A DNA stretch of 64,000 bases from Carpediemonas membranifera BICM (taxonomy: Eukaryota; Protista; Fornicata), in contig JAHDYR010000053.1 of the NCBI GenBank assembly GCA_019828565.1, positions 470,214-534,213 on the forward strand. The letters run 5' to 3'. A model generated the notes under the pieces. That model did no database searches, was not told the DNA's origin, and saw only the letters and a program-made list of their open reading frames with translations. The stretch's first letter is position 1. Every line of letters begins with the position of its first letter. This document shows, piece by piece, positions 9,209 to 19,723 of this stretch. A program made the translations under genes and the position numbers.

Positions 9209-11779
9209 ATGTTCAGCGCTACGCCCCAGGGAAGCGCGCTCATGCCTGCTGAATACAGCACCCAGCTACAAAAGGCGAAGTTTCTGTATCAGCGGAAGCG
9301 TTACGACGTGTGTACGAAGCTTTGCGAGGACGTTATCCGCTCCACCGACGGCAAGCTCCAGCAACCGATGAAAGCCCCTTGGTATCTTCTTAAGGGCAAG
9401 TGTCTTCTTGCACTCAGCACTATCCAGCCCGCATATGAGGCCTTCTACCAGGCAATTACGCTTGATCCACAGAGCGTCGACACGTTCATCAATCTGGGCA
9501 AGCTGTTTGGCCTCAACAACCAGCACGAGGAGTCTGTCAACATGTATAAGCGCGCCTACGAGTTCCAACCCAACAACCAGGAGCTCCGTGAGCTGTACGC
9601 CATTGCCCTTTGCGACTGGGCAACAATCAAGAAGTCCCAGCGCGACGTCATGCGCGCCGTCGAGCTGTTCAACAAGTCTGTCGAGCTCAACCCACAGTAC
9701 GCCCCCGCCCATTACAACCTCGGCGTCGTGAACAACGAGCAGCAGCAACTCGACCAGGCCGAGCAGCACTACAAGGCGGCCCTCGCCATCAACCCCAAGT
9801 ACAGGGACGCCCTCTGCAACCTGGGTGTGATTGCCAAACAACGGGGGAACCTCCAGGAATCCGTCGCTTACTACGAGCAGGCGCTCGAGATTGACCCGAA
9901 TTTCCAGATTGGCCGCAACAACCTCGCCATCGTGCTCACTGACGTCGCTACAACCCTGATGAGCGAGGGCAACTTCGACAAAGCTATCGAGACGTACCAC
10001 CAGGCCCTTTACTTCAACCCGTGCTATCCAGACGCACACTACAACCTCGGCGCCGCTCTTGCCAAGCTCGGCAGGCGCAAGGAAGCCATGGTCTCGTACG
10101 AGCTTGCCCTGGCCTTCCGCCCCTCCTACGCCGAGGCGTACAACAACCTCGGTATCCTCTACAAGGAGGAAGATAACATCCAGAAGGCCATCATATGCTA
10201 CACACGCGCCCTCCAAGTCAAGCGGACCTTCATCCAGGCCCTCTCCAACCTCTCACTCGCCCATGTCATGCAGGGCAACCTCGATGGGGCCATCGAGTGC
10301 TGCAAACGCGTTGTGGACGCAGACTCCTCCTTTGCTGAGATTAGGAACCACCAAGGCATGATCCTCATGATGGAGGGCCAGATCAACGAGGCCATCAAGA
10401 CCTTCGACCTCTGCACTGAGCTGAACCCGGCAATTGTCGCCGCGATGCACAACAAGCTGCTTTCTATGACCCTCGTAGTCGCACCATACCGTGATCTCCA
10501 CAACTGGCACGTCGAGTGGGGCCAGCACCAGGCCTGCGTCAATACGCCCCGCCCCGCCTTCCCCCAGCCCACATCCGGCGGCCGGCTCCATATCGCATAC
10601 ATCTGCCCAGACTTTAGAAGCGACAGAACGAACCTGCTTGCCGCTATCGGGGCCCACACGGACGCCGTGGACGTCACGTACATCACCCAATCTCCCAGGA
10701 CGCCCTCGTGGCTCCCCCAGACCAAGTGTCTCAACCTAGGCGCGGCCATCCACGAGGACCAGGCCCTCCTCACTAAGCACGTCGCCGAGCTCCGCCGCAG
10801 AGGCATCTCTGTCCTCATCGACCTTTGTGGCCACACAACCCCTAACCGCATGGACCTCCTCATGGCCAGAGCCGTCCCGGTCCAGATCTCATACTGGGGC
10901 TACCCCATCAGCACGGGGCTGCCCACCATCGACGCCATGGTCACTGACGCCCTCCAGTCTCCTGTGGCAGGGGATCAGACCCACCCCGAGCTCGCCGTGC
11001 AGGTCGGGGTTGAGTGCGAGTTCTTCAATGAACGCCCGGTCCGTCTCCCCCGTATCGCCTTCGCATGCCCCAAGCCGACTGCCCCGCTCCCCACGAAGCG
11101 GACGGACCTCGATGTCTGCATCTCCTTCGGTACGACGGTTCCGCTGTCCCACGTGTCAGACTACTGCATCGCCCTATGGTCATCAGTGCTTCTCACTGTC
11201 CCAGATTCCCGCCTCATGGTCGTCACCAAGACCCTCGCCTCTGAACGCGTCCGCCAGAGCCTCCTCCGCCGCTTCCATCCGCACAAGGTCGACGTGTCCC
11301 GCATAGACACCTTTGACCCCGCCTCTGTGCCCGAGGGTGGCGCCTACGCTCACATGGACGTCTTCCTCGACTCGCATCCCCACTCTTCCGCCCAGCACGT
11401 GTGCGAGGCACTAGCTGCCGGTGTGCCCGTGCTTACCCTGGCCTCCCGGTACGACGGGAACGCCGAGCAGGCCCCGCTGCCCGCCTCTCGGGCCGGTGGG
11501 GCGATCATTGCGTCCATGGGTGAGGGACCATGGCGTCAAGGCATCGCCAGGTCGCAGGAGGGCCTTGCAATCGCCGCCCACCGCCTGGCTCAGCCAGAGA
11601 ACCGGCAGTGGCTTCGGAACTGCGCCCAGGACATCAGGGATGCGTTCGTCCGCTCGCCTGTGTGCGACGTGGAGGCTCTTTCGAGGGAGTTGGAGGGGGC
11701 GTACCAGCAGGTTTACCAGAACGTGAGCCAGGGCGGAGCACAGGGTATGCCTGTTATCGCATCGGTGCCCCCAATGTAA
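9209..11779 (+). CDS. SPY: SPINDLY-like TPR-GT41 protein (O-fucosyl/O-GlcNAc transferase family), catalytic motifs degenerate
   Basis: TPR array including NFQIGRNNLAIVLTD; GT41 DLCGHT..PVQISYWGYPISTGLPTID. Confidence 0.85.
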   Translation: MFSATPQGSALMPAEYSTQLQKAKFLYQRKRYDVCTKLCEDVIRSTDGKLQQPMKAPWYLLKGKCLLALSTIQPAYEAFYQAITLDPQSVDTFINLGKLFGLNNQHEESVNMYKRAYEFQPNNQELRELYAIALCDWATIKKSQRDVMRAVELFNKSVELNPQYAPAHYNLGVVNNEQQQLDQAEQHYKAALAINPKYRDALCNLGVIAKQRGNLQESVAYYEQALEIDPNFQIGRNNLAIVLTDVATTLMSEGNFDKAIETYHQALYFNPCYPDAHYNLGAALAKLGRRKEAMVSYELALAFRPSYAEAYNNLGILYKEEDNIQKAIICYTRALQVKRTFIQALSNLSLAHVMQGNLDGAIECCKRVVDADSSFAEIRNHQGMILMMEGQINEAIKTFDLCTELNPAIVAAMHNKLLSMTLVVAPYRDLHNWHVEWGQHQACVNTPRPAFPQPTSGGRLHIAYICPDFRSDRTNLLAAIGAHTDAVDVTYITQSPRTPSWLPQTKCLNLGAAIHEDQALLTKHVAELRRRGISVLIDLCGHTTPNRMDLLMARAVPVQISYWGYPISTGLPTIDAMVTDALQSPVAGDQTHPELAVQVGVECEFFNERPVRLPRIAFACPKPTAPLPTKRTDLDVCISFGTTVPLSHVSDYCIALWSSVLLTVPDSRLMVVTKTLASERVRQSLLRRFHPHKVDVSRIDTFDPASVPEGGAYAHMDVFLDSHPHSSAQHVCEALAAGVPVLTLASRYDGNAEQAPLPASRAGGAIIASMGEGPWRQGIARSQEGLAIAAHRLAQPENRQWLRNCAQDIRDAFVRSPVCDVEALSRELEGAYQQVYQNVSQGGAQGMPVIASVPPM

Positions 11780-11953
11780 ATGACGTTTATGCGCCGTTTG
11801 TGAGTGGAGCCTGAATGCTTTGTTGGATGCTGGCTGGTGGTACTACTACTATACTCATCTGCTTGAGCGTCTTTACTGGTAGAGGATCACAGGAAGTGTC
11901 TGTGATGCACTCGCAGGTCCAGTATCGCGTGATTTACGTTGATACATGAGTTC

Positions 11954-12580
11954 ATGTTTTTGTCCAACGTCGCGCAATCCATGTGGCGCAGTGCTGGAAT
12001 CGATTCCACCGACGAGTTTATCAACGAGAACAGCAACAATCAGGCCAAATATGGACATCGTAACATTGAATTGCGCGATGCTGGCAAAATGAGTGTGAGC
12101 GAATTCTCAACGCCAATTGAACAAGAATTCAAGCGGGAGAAGCGCCGCATCTTCCCAACATGGGATGAACACCTTCAAAAGCACCTCAAACCCGAGATTG
12201 TGCGCTTTATCATGGAAACTCGCGCCAAGCGTGGCCACCAATCACCACCCACCCGCACATCCCCGCCCAGGCCTAGCATACAGACTGATGTCGACCTAGC
12301 CCTCATGGACGAACCAGAACCCACCCCCACCCCGTCTCCGAAGGCCGTGGGTGCTCCAATGGAGCCGCTGTCGCCACCAATCGCCCAGACGCCACAGATT
12401 GAGCATTCCGAGGCCACTTCATGTGATGAGCAGGCGGTAGAACTCACTGAGAGCCAGACACGGCCAGCGAGCGACCCTATTGGGCTTGCGAGGTCCATTG
12501 TCCGTTCTCCTGGCGCGCTTGATCGGGGCAAAGTCGATGAGCTGCTTGAATTGGTGAGGCAGGGGAAGTGGACGCCATGA
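11954..12580 (+). CDS. Hypothetical protein, Pro-rich C-terminal half
   Basis: 208-codon ORF with host-like codon use; no recognisable motif. Confidence 0.6.
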   Translation: MFLSNVAQSMWRSAGIDSTDEFINENSNNQAKYGHRNIELRDAGKMSVSEFSTPIEQEFKREKRRIFPTWDEHLQKHLKPEIVRFIMETRAKRGHQSPPTRTSPPRPSIQTDVDLALMDEPEPTPTPSPKAVGAPMEPLSPPIAQTPQIEHSEATSCDEQAVELTESQTRPASDPIGLARSIVRSPGALDRGKVDELLELVRQGKWTP

Positions 12581-13145
12581 GAGGTTAGTGTGGACAGAGG
12601 AGGTTGGACGGATAAGGGCCGGACTATTGTACATACTGTGGTAAAGATTCTGAGCTGGAAAGATGCCCTTTGGGGATTGTAAAGAGCATAGGAGTGGGTG
12701 TGGTGGCTAAGTACATCGCTAGTGGGTTGTAACAGGTGCTCAGTCGTGGTCTGCTTGGTCTGGAGTCGGGTTGTGGCATCGCATCGTGCGCCTCGTGTAG
12801 CGAGTTCTACGGAACCTCGCGCGGCAGAAGGGGCAGACGAGTGAGATACTGCAGTCTTCCGATACTGATTTATATAAACTTCACAATGACTCAGTGATGC
12901 AGGGCAAATATGACCCAATCAATTGGTCACCACAGCTGCCTCCTCTCCCGGTGGTTGATGACCCCCGACGATGATGACTGACTATCGAAATATCACTCTC
13001 AAGAAGAAGGAAGGGAGAGCGGGAAGGGGTAATGAAGTATCATAGAGTTCACAGTGCAAGCAGTAAAGTAACGCTCAATCGTCTATAGCAGACTTCTCGT
13101 AGGTGATGTGCAGTTTATCGACAAAAAACACCCGCGAAGCGAAAC

Positions 13146-14186
13146 ATGGTCACAACATTTCAGAATCCATCAACAGGAGCCTCATTCTCTCTGAGCGATG
13201 CTCGTGCCATGCTCGTGGAGAAAAAGAAGCGAACGAACGAACTTGAACGCATGGTTGCGTCTCTCAAGAACGATTTAGCAGACCGAGAGCGAGATATCCG
13301 CCACAAAATAAGACCCCGCACGCCCGGACATCCTCTGAAGTCCAAGCTTTCGTCTATTGTCCCTTCCACACCGAACATGGAGAACACTCGCGATCAGCTC
13401 ATGGAGACTCCCGTTTTCCAGAAGCTACAGGGCCAGCTGCGGTCCATGCGCAAGGCCAACCAGATGCTAGAGAAGAAGTTAACCTCTGATCTGAACATTG
13501 TCGTTGAGAAGCTTCGGAACGAGCTTAAGGCCGCCGTGGACGCCAAGGAGGGCCTCGAGCAAGAACTAACCGACGTAGAGGGCCAAAAGTCCCGCGCCAA
13601 CGATGAGCTGAGCCGCCAGCTCGGCGACGAGTCCACCGGCATCCTCAAGGTCGAGCGCTTGAAGGGCGAGATTACTTTCCTCCAGACCGAAGCCGGCAGA
13701 CTCCAGCGCGAGCTCGACGCTACTCAGAAGCTCATGTCTGAGCGCGAGAACCACGACATCCACATGGCCCGGGTCCTTGGCGCGATCTGGACGAACATTA
13801 AGAGCCGCACGGCTCGGCCGAAGGAGGAATGGGACGAGGACGTCAAGGACGTCACTCGACGGGTGAACAGGCTGCTGGACTCCTTGGAGCAGGAGAACGC
13901 CATGCTCTCTGCGGCTAAGCTGAATATCGAGGCCGAGGTCGTCGAGATGGCAGAGGCACTCGAGGTGCTTGTGCGTGAGCGCGATGTCGCCCAGAGGGCT
14001 CGAGAGGCGGACAAGCGGAAGGCGGGCCAGGCTATTGGCGACATGCGGCGTCGGATAGCGACCCTTGAGTCGGCTAGAGCTGGGCTTGAAGAACAGTTGA
14101 CCACTGTCAAGCGGGTGTACAGCATCGCCAGCACCAAGGCGAAGGAGAGGGCGCGGCAGAGCATAGGGGATACGATGGTATGCTAA
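13146..14186 (+). CDS. Coiled-coil protein
   Basis: 346-aa ORF with heptad-rich E/K/L/R composition. Confidence 0.75.
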   Translation: MVTTFQNPSTGASFSLSDARAMLVEKKKRTNELERMVASLKNDLADRERDIRHKIRPRTPGHPLKSKLSSIVPSTPNMENTRDQLMETPVFQKLQGQLRSMRKANQMLEKKLTSDLNIVVEKLRNELKAAVDAKEGLEQELTDVEGQKSRANDELSRQLGDESTGILKVERLKGEITFLQTEAGRLQRELDATQKLMSERENHDIHMARVLGAIWTNIKSRTARPKEEWDEDVKDVTRRVNRLLDSLEQENAMLSAAKLNIEAEVVEMAEALEVLVRERDVAQRAREADKRKAGQAIGDMRRRIATLESARAGLEEQLTTVKRVYSIASTKAKERARQSIGDTMVC

Positions 14187-14550
14187 ACATAACATCTGGG
14201 GTTGTTTTTTGAGCTGATTGCGTGAGATTCCGATTTTTTATTCATTTCTTGGGGCACCCCGGAGGCACTGCAAAATCTACAGCGATTTGAGGAAGAGAAT
14301 TTTCCACTGGTAATGCTGCCGTTTGCCACAAGAAAAGGACTTTTCACACCGCAAGGTTCAAGTTGAAATTTTTGCCCAAATCTTTGGCGAATGGGTTTCC
14401 AGGATTTGTGGAAAAAAATGCAAGAAAAACGATTGCCGCTCAGATGATCATAGGCACACTGTAAGGCCATCTAGTGGCCTCTTTTTTGACCCGAATCTGG
14501 GGGACTTTGTACGAAAAAAAATATTGTATCAATTGCACCGCGATTACCAC

Positions 14551-15465
14551 ATGCAACCAATCCAACCGCTGCCTGTTGTTTTTGGAAACAGGCAGATTCA
14601 GAACAGCAACATGGTTGCGAAGGATCCTTTAGTGGCGCTTCAAGCGCCGGTTCCGCCATCAAAACACCACGTAAGCTCCAGAAAAGAAAGGGAGCACAAA
14701 AAGGCATCATTTAGATGCAACTGCATAATTGATGGCAAGCTCTGCGGCGAGACTTTCACCACAAAAGCAAGACGGGACGCCCACATTGGTTTGTTTTTCC
14801 GAGCGACACGTTATTAAGAAAGCACACACGATCTCATCGCATGCCTCAAAGAAAGCTGCGGGCTCGGTTTCCCCACCCGCGAGGACATGCTGCAGCACAT
14901 GATTGACGAGCACTCGAACCTCGTTTGCCCATGCTGCCACGAGTACGCCGCCCACGGCCCGGCCTTCATCCTGCGACACAGGATCTCCATCCATCCGGAG
15001 TCCCTCACGGCCGAGGAGAAGGCCAAGCACCAGTGCCCGCAGTGCAAGCGGTCTTTTTACGATTTGAACTCGCACTATGCCGCCGAGCATCTCGACCTGC
15101 TCCCCTTTGAACAACGCCACCGCTTCTGGTGCTCTGAGTGCAACAAGATCTACCCCAATCTAACGCAGCACATCAGAGACGTCCACAAACGACCCTACGG
15201 TTGTCCCATCGAAGGATGCGCCCAGCGGTTCGGCAAAGCCAACGATGTTCGGACCCACCTCTGCTCAAAACACAGTCTAGGCCACGAGGAGCTCGACCTG
15301 GTCATGCTTGTCGTCCGGCAGCTCCATTCGAGGCGCACGGGGTACACGGTCAGTCGGCAGGTGCGAAACCGGGCCATTCAGGAAGAGAGAGAGTGCAGGA
15401 AGACGGGGCAGAAGACGTCGTTTGCCACGGAGTTGTTTAGACTGATCAGCCAATCAGATCTTTAG
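14551..15465 (+). CDS. Multi-C2H2 zinc-finger protein (intron 14789-14818)
   Basis: Splicing a 30-nt GTTTGT..AG intron restores C..C..F..RDAHIESTH; about six further C2H2 fingers follow. Confidence 0.85.
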
Positions 15466-15569
15466 AAATAAAAGTTAGTTTGACGAAGTGTAGGGTTGGC
15501 CAAAGCAGAAGAGTTTTATATGTCGCCGGATCATGACATGCGCTCAAGAGACTGCACATGTCTGCACAA

Positions 15570-16091
15570 TCAGTGCTCCCCCGTCTCTTCACGCGTATAC
15601 ACCGCATTCGTCCGGGCCTTGCGCTTTGCCTTCTGGGCGAGGTGCTTCGTCTTGTCCTCGATGTTATACTTGGCCACTCGGCTATGAGTGTCGGTGAGGA
15701 GCGGGATCTTCTTCGTCTTGCCAGTCTCCTTGTCCTTGATCGTGTAGTACGACCCAGTGGCGATCGCTTCCACGTGGGCTTGGTGGCGGCGTTCCTTCTT
15801 GGCCTTGGCGAGGCCAATGCGGTTCTTGTATGGCATCTTTTGAGCTTTTGCGGGGATGCCGCCGAGTTCTGCGATGCGTAGATTCAGAAGACGGTCCTTT
15901 TCAGAGCCTGTGGCCTTGGCATACGTCATTTGGCGCACCTTCGCCAGCGTACGCTTCAAATCCACCTGGGAATTCACTTTTCCGATTGGTTTCCGACCAG
16001 AAGTGCTGCCTGTACGATCACCCTTGCCCTTAGCATCACGCTTAGCGCCCTGAGGCTTTCCTTTGGCGAAACCAGCCATCTCTAGACTCAT
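15570..16091 (-). CDS. Basic nucleolar protein, Faf1/C1orf131 (DUF4602)-like
   Basis: Lys-rich, LGGIPAKAQKMPYK motif; family call tentative. Confidence 0.5.
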   Translation of the reverse strand: MSLEMAGFAKGKPQGAKRDAKGKGDRTGSTSGRKPIGKVNSQVDLKRTLAKVRQMTYAKATGSEKDRLLNLRIAELGGIPAKAQKMPYKNRIGLAKAKKERRHQAHVEAIATGSYYTIKDKETGKTKKIPLLTDTHSRVAKYNIEDKTKHLAQKAKRKARTNAVYTREETGEH

Positions 16092-16369
16092 TTATGGTCA
16101 CGTAAAGGCTTCTGTATGTATATGGAGGTGGGCTAGACACTATCCCCCCGGACTACTCAGCGGCCTACTAAGAATCAACAGAGAGTCGTGGCAGACGGCG
16201 GAGCTTGTCTCCTTCTGGGTTCGACATCTAACAACCAGAATGTGCGGCACTGTGCATTTATACTGCTATGTAGTAACAGACTGGCTCCAGACACACGCTG
16301 TGGCGCGCATGATTGGGTGATGCTTGATGCTGAGGGAGACGGAATCTCGGCAGCATCATGGTCAAGAGC

Positions 16370-16600
16370 TCATCTCTTGATCAGTTCGAAGGAACTTGTG
16401 CCGCAAGAGCGAACAAGGTCACCAACTGGCGTCTCATCGTCAAGCTTCGTTTGGTATTTCCTGGGCTCCACGGCTCTATAGGCCAAATGATCGAGTTGCA
16501 GGCTTTCACAAGCAAAGCGGACGGCAACATGGAACGAAGAAGACTCAGGAACAGTAATCTTGCAGAATTCTTCGCCTTTTCTGATGAATTCGAGCTCCAT
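16370..16600 (-). CDS. Small ubiquitin-fold protein, UFM1-like, lacking a C-terminal Gly
   Basis: 76 aa; KITVPESSSF.VAVRFACE resembles UFM1 KVLSVPESTPF.AVLKFAAE; beta-grasp pattern. Confidence 0.6.
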   Translation of the reverse strand: MELEFIRKGEEFCKITVPESSSFHVAVRFACESLQLDHLAYRAVEPRKYQTKLDDETPVGDLVRSCGTSSFELIKR

Positions 16601-16615
16601 GACGAGATTTCAATC

Positions 16616-16791
16616 GTGTGCCGCGCAGGATTAGAATTGTTGAGTCTAAATCCGCTACCCTTCTGGTGTACGACAGGTGGGCCGTCAGACTGAACCTGTT
16701 CAGTCCTCTGGAGTTCATCCCAGGGGGGTCGACAACTTAAGTCACCTTTACATGAATCCTCCACATAAACCCCATAAACCCTCTAAATACC
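16616..16791 (-). repeat. Dispersed repeat: internally deleted inverted copy of 50111-50445
   Basis: 16651-16791 matches RC of 50111-50241 and 16616-16650 matches RC of 50411-50445; one substitution and a 10-bp indel. Confidence 0.93.
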
Positions 16792-17031
16792 CCAAATCGT
16801 TTGGACATAAACTGCGGTTAAGGCCAGCGTGCCATTTATATGCTATGTAGACGCTCATAAGCTCCATTATCACCACGGGGGGTTCTCCTCTTTCTGAAAA
16901 GACTCTCGAACGACGCTTCTATGCACTTTCAAGTCTTTTCATCGTTCTTGACTCAGCCCCAGAGCTGTAGACATGGGTCGCCCTTACAACCTCCCCGTCC
17001 ACTCCTGCTACATTTACATGCTACATTCTAT

Positions 17032-19428
17032 TTACAGACACATAACATCGGGTCCATCGTCGTCGTCCGACTCGCTCACGTCCCCGTCTGGCCCCACCAC
17101 CTCCACGGTCGGTACCACCTTCGACGTCTGCACTGCGGGTGACCCCACAGCAGCGGCGGACGAGTCGACCCGGTGGTACGGCTTCAGAAGCTCCTGGGCC
17201 TGGCCAGAGGCCATGTCGCTTTCAAGCACGGGTGACTTGACAACCGCAGCGTCTAGGTCGAAGGGAAGAGGGACGCGAATATCCTTCTTTCGCTTGGGCT
17301 TTTCCTCTGGCAATGGGGCGGGCGGCTGCATGCCCCAAGGCATCGGCATCGGCATGGGCGCCCATATGGGCATCGGTATCTGCATCGGACCGCCGCTACT
17401 ACGACTACGGCGACTGGAACTGTCATCGCGAGACTTACGGCCGTGGCTGCTGTGCTTGCCCGAGCGGCTCTTGCCCGACTTCCCACTGCGCTTCCTATGG
17501 CTGCTGCTGCTCGCCCCCGCTTCCGAACGCCCAGACGACCTCTTACTAGGCGCAGTCGACCCACCCTCCAACTCCTGCAGAAGCTGGGCGATCTGGTCAT
17601 TATCACCCGAGGCAGACGTGCCCTGAGTGATCACGGTGTTTCCCATCGTGACTCTGACCGTCGAGTCATCATCTTCGAACCGCGTGCTCGGCTTGAAACT
17701 CGGCTTGAGCTCAAGACTCTCAGTCGCCCTCAACCGCACCACCTTCTCAGAAGAGTCGGACCGACCTGACCCTCGCCTCCCCTCACCCTGACCACCGCGG
17801 CCTCGGCCTCGGCCTCGAGTGAACGGGGGCAGCGGTGGTGGGACTGCTGGCCGACCAGCTCGGGTCTGTGGTTCGTCGCCAGGCTCGTCGCTGAAGTCAG
17901 ACTCGGTGTCAGATGCGGAGTCACCAGCGCCGGGTTGTGACGTGTGGACCTTCGCCTTCTTGGGGACTTGGCACACCGGGTCGGCTTCGGTTCCGATTTC
18001 ACGGATGTACTTCTTGAGCTTATCCTGCTCCCAGATATGCGGAACGCCGGAAATGGCAGAAATCTTACGCCGGAGAATTCGCTCAGTGAGGCACTTCGCC
18101 CGAATCTGATACGGCATCGGCCTGTATCTTCCAGGAATCCCATAGACCGCTCTCAGGAACTCGCTGTCAACCTTATAATTATATCGCGTGACTTCCACAC
18201 TGTGCAAAGCCATAGCGGTCTTGGCTGCCGACTGCGGGGTCAAGTCCGCTCTGCCCAAAGGTACCTCGAGCATACTAGTGACAGAAGCCTCTCTGTCGTC
18301 ACTCTGCTGGCTGACTGCCGTCTGCAGACCGAGTAGACGAAGGAGGATTACGCCAAGGCCTATCGCGTGTTCCGGGCGGATGACACTTTGGTCGACCAAG
18401 GCTGCAATGAGGATGCATGGGGCAAGAGTGGCGAGCCAAATAGCGAGGTGGCCGTGCGATGTGTCTCTGAAGACGATGAGGGAGGCGATAGGCTGGATGG
18501 CAAGGCACAGGCAGCCCAAGACGCCGAGGACGAGGGCGTTTTCGGAGATATCGCCCAGAATCCTGTCGTTAAACCTGACTGTGAGAATGGAAGCCAGCGC
18601 TAGCACAGAGATATCTATAGTCCAGGGCGGGATGGCGGTAGGAATCGTGGGGTGGAGACTTGTACCGTCAGTCAGCGGCGAGTCAATCATATCGTCGACA
18701 CGGTTGGCAATGGCGTTCGACATGCCAGTGTACGAGGGCGACAGGATGTTGAAGGCGAGCCGGCCCGAGGCGGCAAGACCCCTGCCCGGTGAACGGAGGC
18801 CGATGACGAGTGTCATGAGCTTCGTGAGGACGGCGCGGAGAGAGCCTGCAGTAATGGCGACGAGGACACAAAGATCTGGGAAGAGGTCGCCTGGGCCATC
18901 GATGCTCATCAGCTGGATGTCACTGAAGCCCCAGTTGGCGGTCATGGCAAGAGCAATGACGTACGGGATGACGGAGAACACAGCGCTGAGACCCTGGTAA
19001 AAGGTCAGCGGACGACGGAGTAGGATAGTGCTGAGCACAGTGTCTATAGCCGTCTGGGCAGTCATGAGGAGGACGAGTCGACCCATGTTTCTTGCCGTTG
19101 CCAAGAACGCGACCCACACGAGGCTGACTATCTGGAGGGCGAAGAGCGTAGATAGGACCAACTGCATCACCGTTGAAGCCAGGAAGAGGGCCTTGAAGTA
19201 TTTGGCGGTCAGCATGTGGATCGCAAGAACTGGAACGGCGAGCAAGAGCAGTGGAGCAGTCATTCGCACGAGGAATTCGTCGAACGGGAGCTCTGTGGTC
19301 TGAGAGGCAACAAAACCAAGAGCAAAGAGCATGGCGGGTTGAACAAAGGGAAAGGCGCCGATACCAGCTGTGGCTTGTAGCGAGCCGGCGAGCTGTCCGA
19401 TAGATGGTGGTCTTAGAAGGGAATGCAT
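17032..19428 (-). CDS. Multi-pass membrane protein with long low-complexity (S/G/R/P) C-terminus
   Basis: About 9-10 hydrophobic segments in the N-terminal half. Confidence 0.75.
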   Translation of the reverse strand: MHSLLRPPSIGQLAGSLQATAGIGAFPFVQPAMLFALGFVASQTTELPFDEFLVRMTAPLLLLAVPVLAIHMLTAKYFKALFLASTVMQLVLSTLFALQIVSLVWVAFLATARNMGRLVLLMTAQTAIDTVLSTILLRRPLTFYQGLSAVFSVIPYVIALAMTANWGFSDIQLMSIDGPGDLFPDLCVLVAITAGSLRAVLTKLMTLVIGLRSPGRGLAASGRLAFNILSPSYTGMSNAIANRVDDMIDSPLTDGTSLHPTIPTAIPPWTIDISVLALASILTVRFNDRILGDISENALVLGVLGCLCLAIQPIASLIVFRDTSHGHLAIWLATLAPCILIAALVDQSVIRPEHAIGLGVILLRLLGLQTAVSQQSDDREASVTSMLEVPLGRADLTPQSAAKTAMALHSVEVTRYNYKVDSEFLRAVYGIPGRYRPMPYQIRAKCLTERILRRKISAISGVPHIWEQDKLKKYIREIGTEADPVCQVPKKAKVHTSQPGAGDSASDTESDFSDEPGDEPQTRAGRPAVPPPLPPFTRGRGRGRGGQGEGRRGSGRSDSSEKVVRLRATESLELKPSFKPSTRFEDDDSTVRVTMGNTVITQGTSASGDNDQIAQLLQELEGGSTAPSKRSSGRSEAGASSSSHRKRSGKSGKSRSGKHSSHGRKSRDDSSSRRSRSSGGPMQIPMPIWAPMPMPMPWGMQPPAPLPEEKPKRKKDIRVPLPFDLDAAVVKSPVLESDMASGQAQELLKPYHRVDSSAAAVGSPAVQTSKVVPTVEVVGPDGDVSESDDDDGPDVMCL

Positions 19429-19723
19429 GCTCTTTGGAACGAGTGCCGCGGTCTAACTCGCAAGTATTTCAAGCTGCCGATGATTACAGCCGGGTCATTC
19501 GATCTGACAACCTCGAACCGAGTCGATCCCACCACTGCGAACCGGGGCTGACCGTGTTTGGTTGGCTCAGACCGCCCAGCTTCAGCTGGATGTTGGATCA
19601 TATTTCATACAGTGTCTGTTTGAAATTCTGTGCTATCACCGTAATCCCGCATTTTATGTCAGACTCCAAAGCTAACCCTGAGCATTCCCCCACGTATTAA
19701 CCGCAATTTATAAGTCTCAATGT

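Noticed and set aside
16358-16693. Plus-strand 111-aa ORF as a real gene or RLE fragment
   Set aside because: It is the antisense shadow of the ubiquitin-fold ORF running into the repeat; the minus strand has the better fold pattern and codon use
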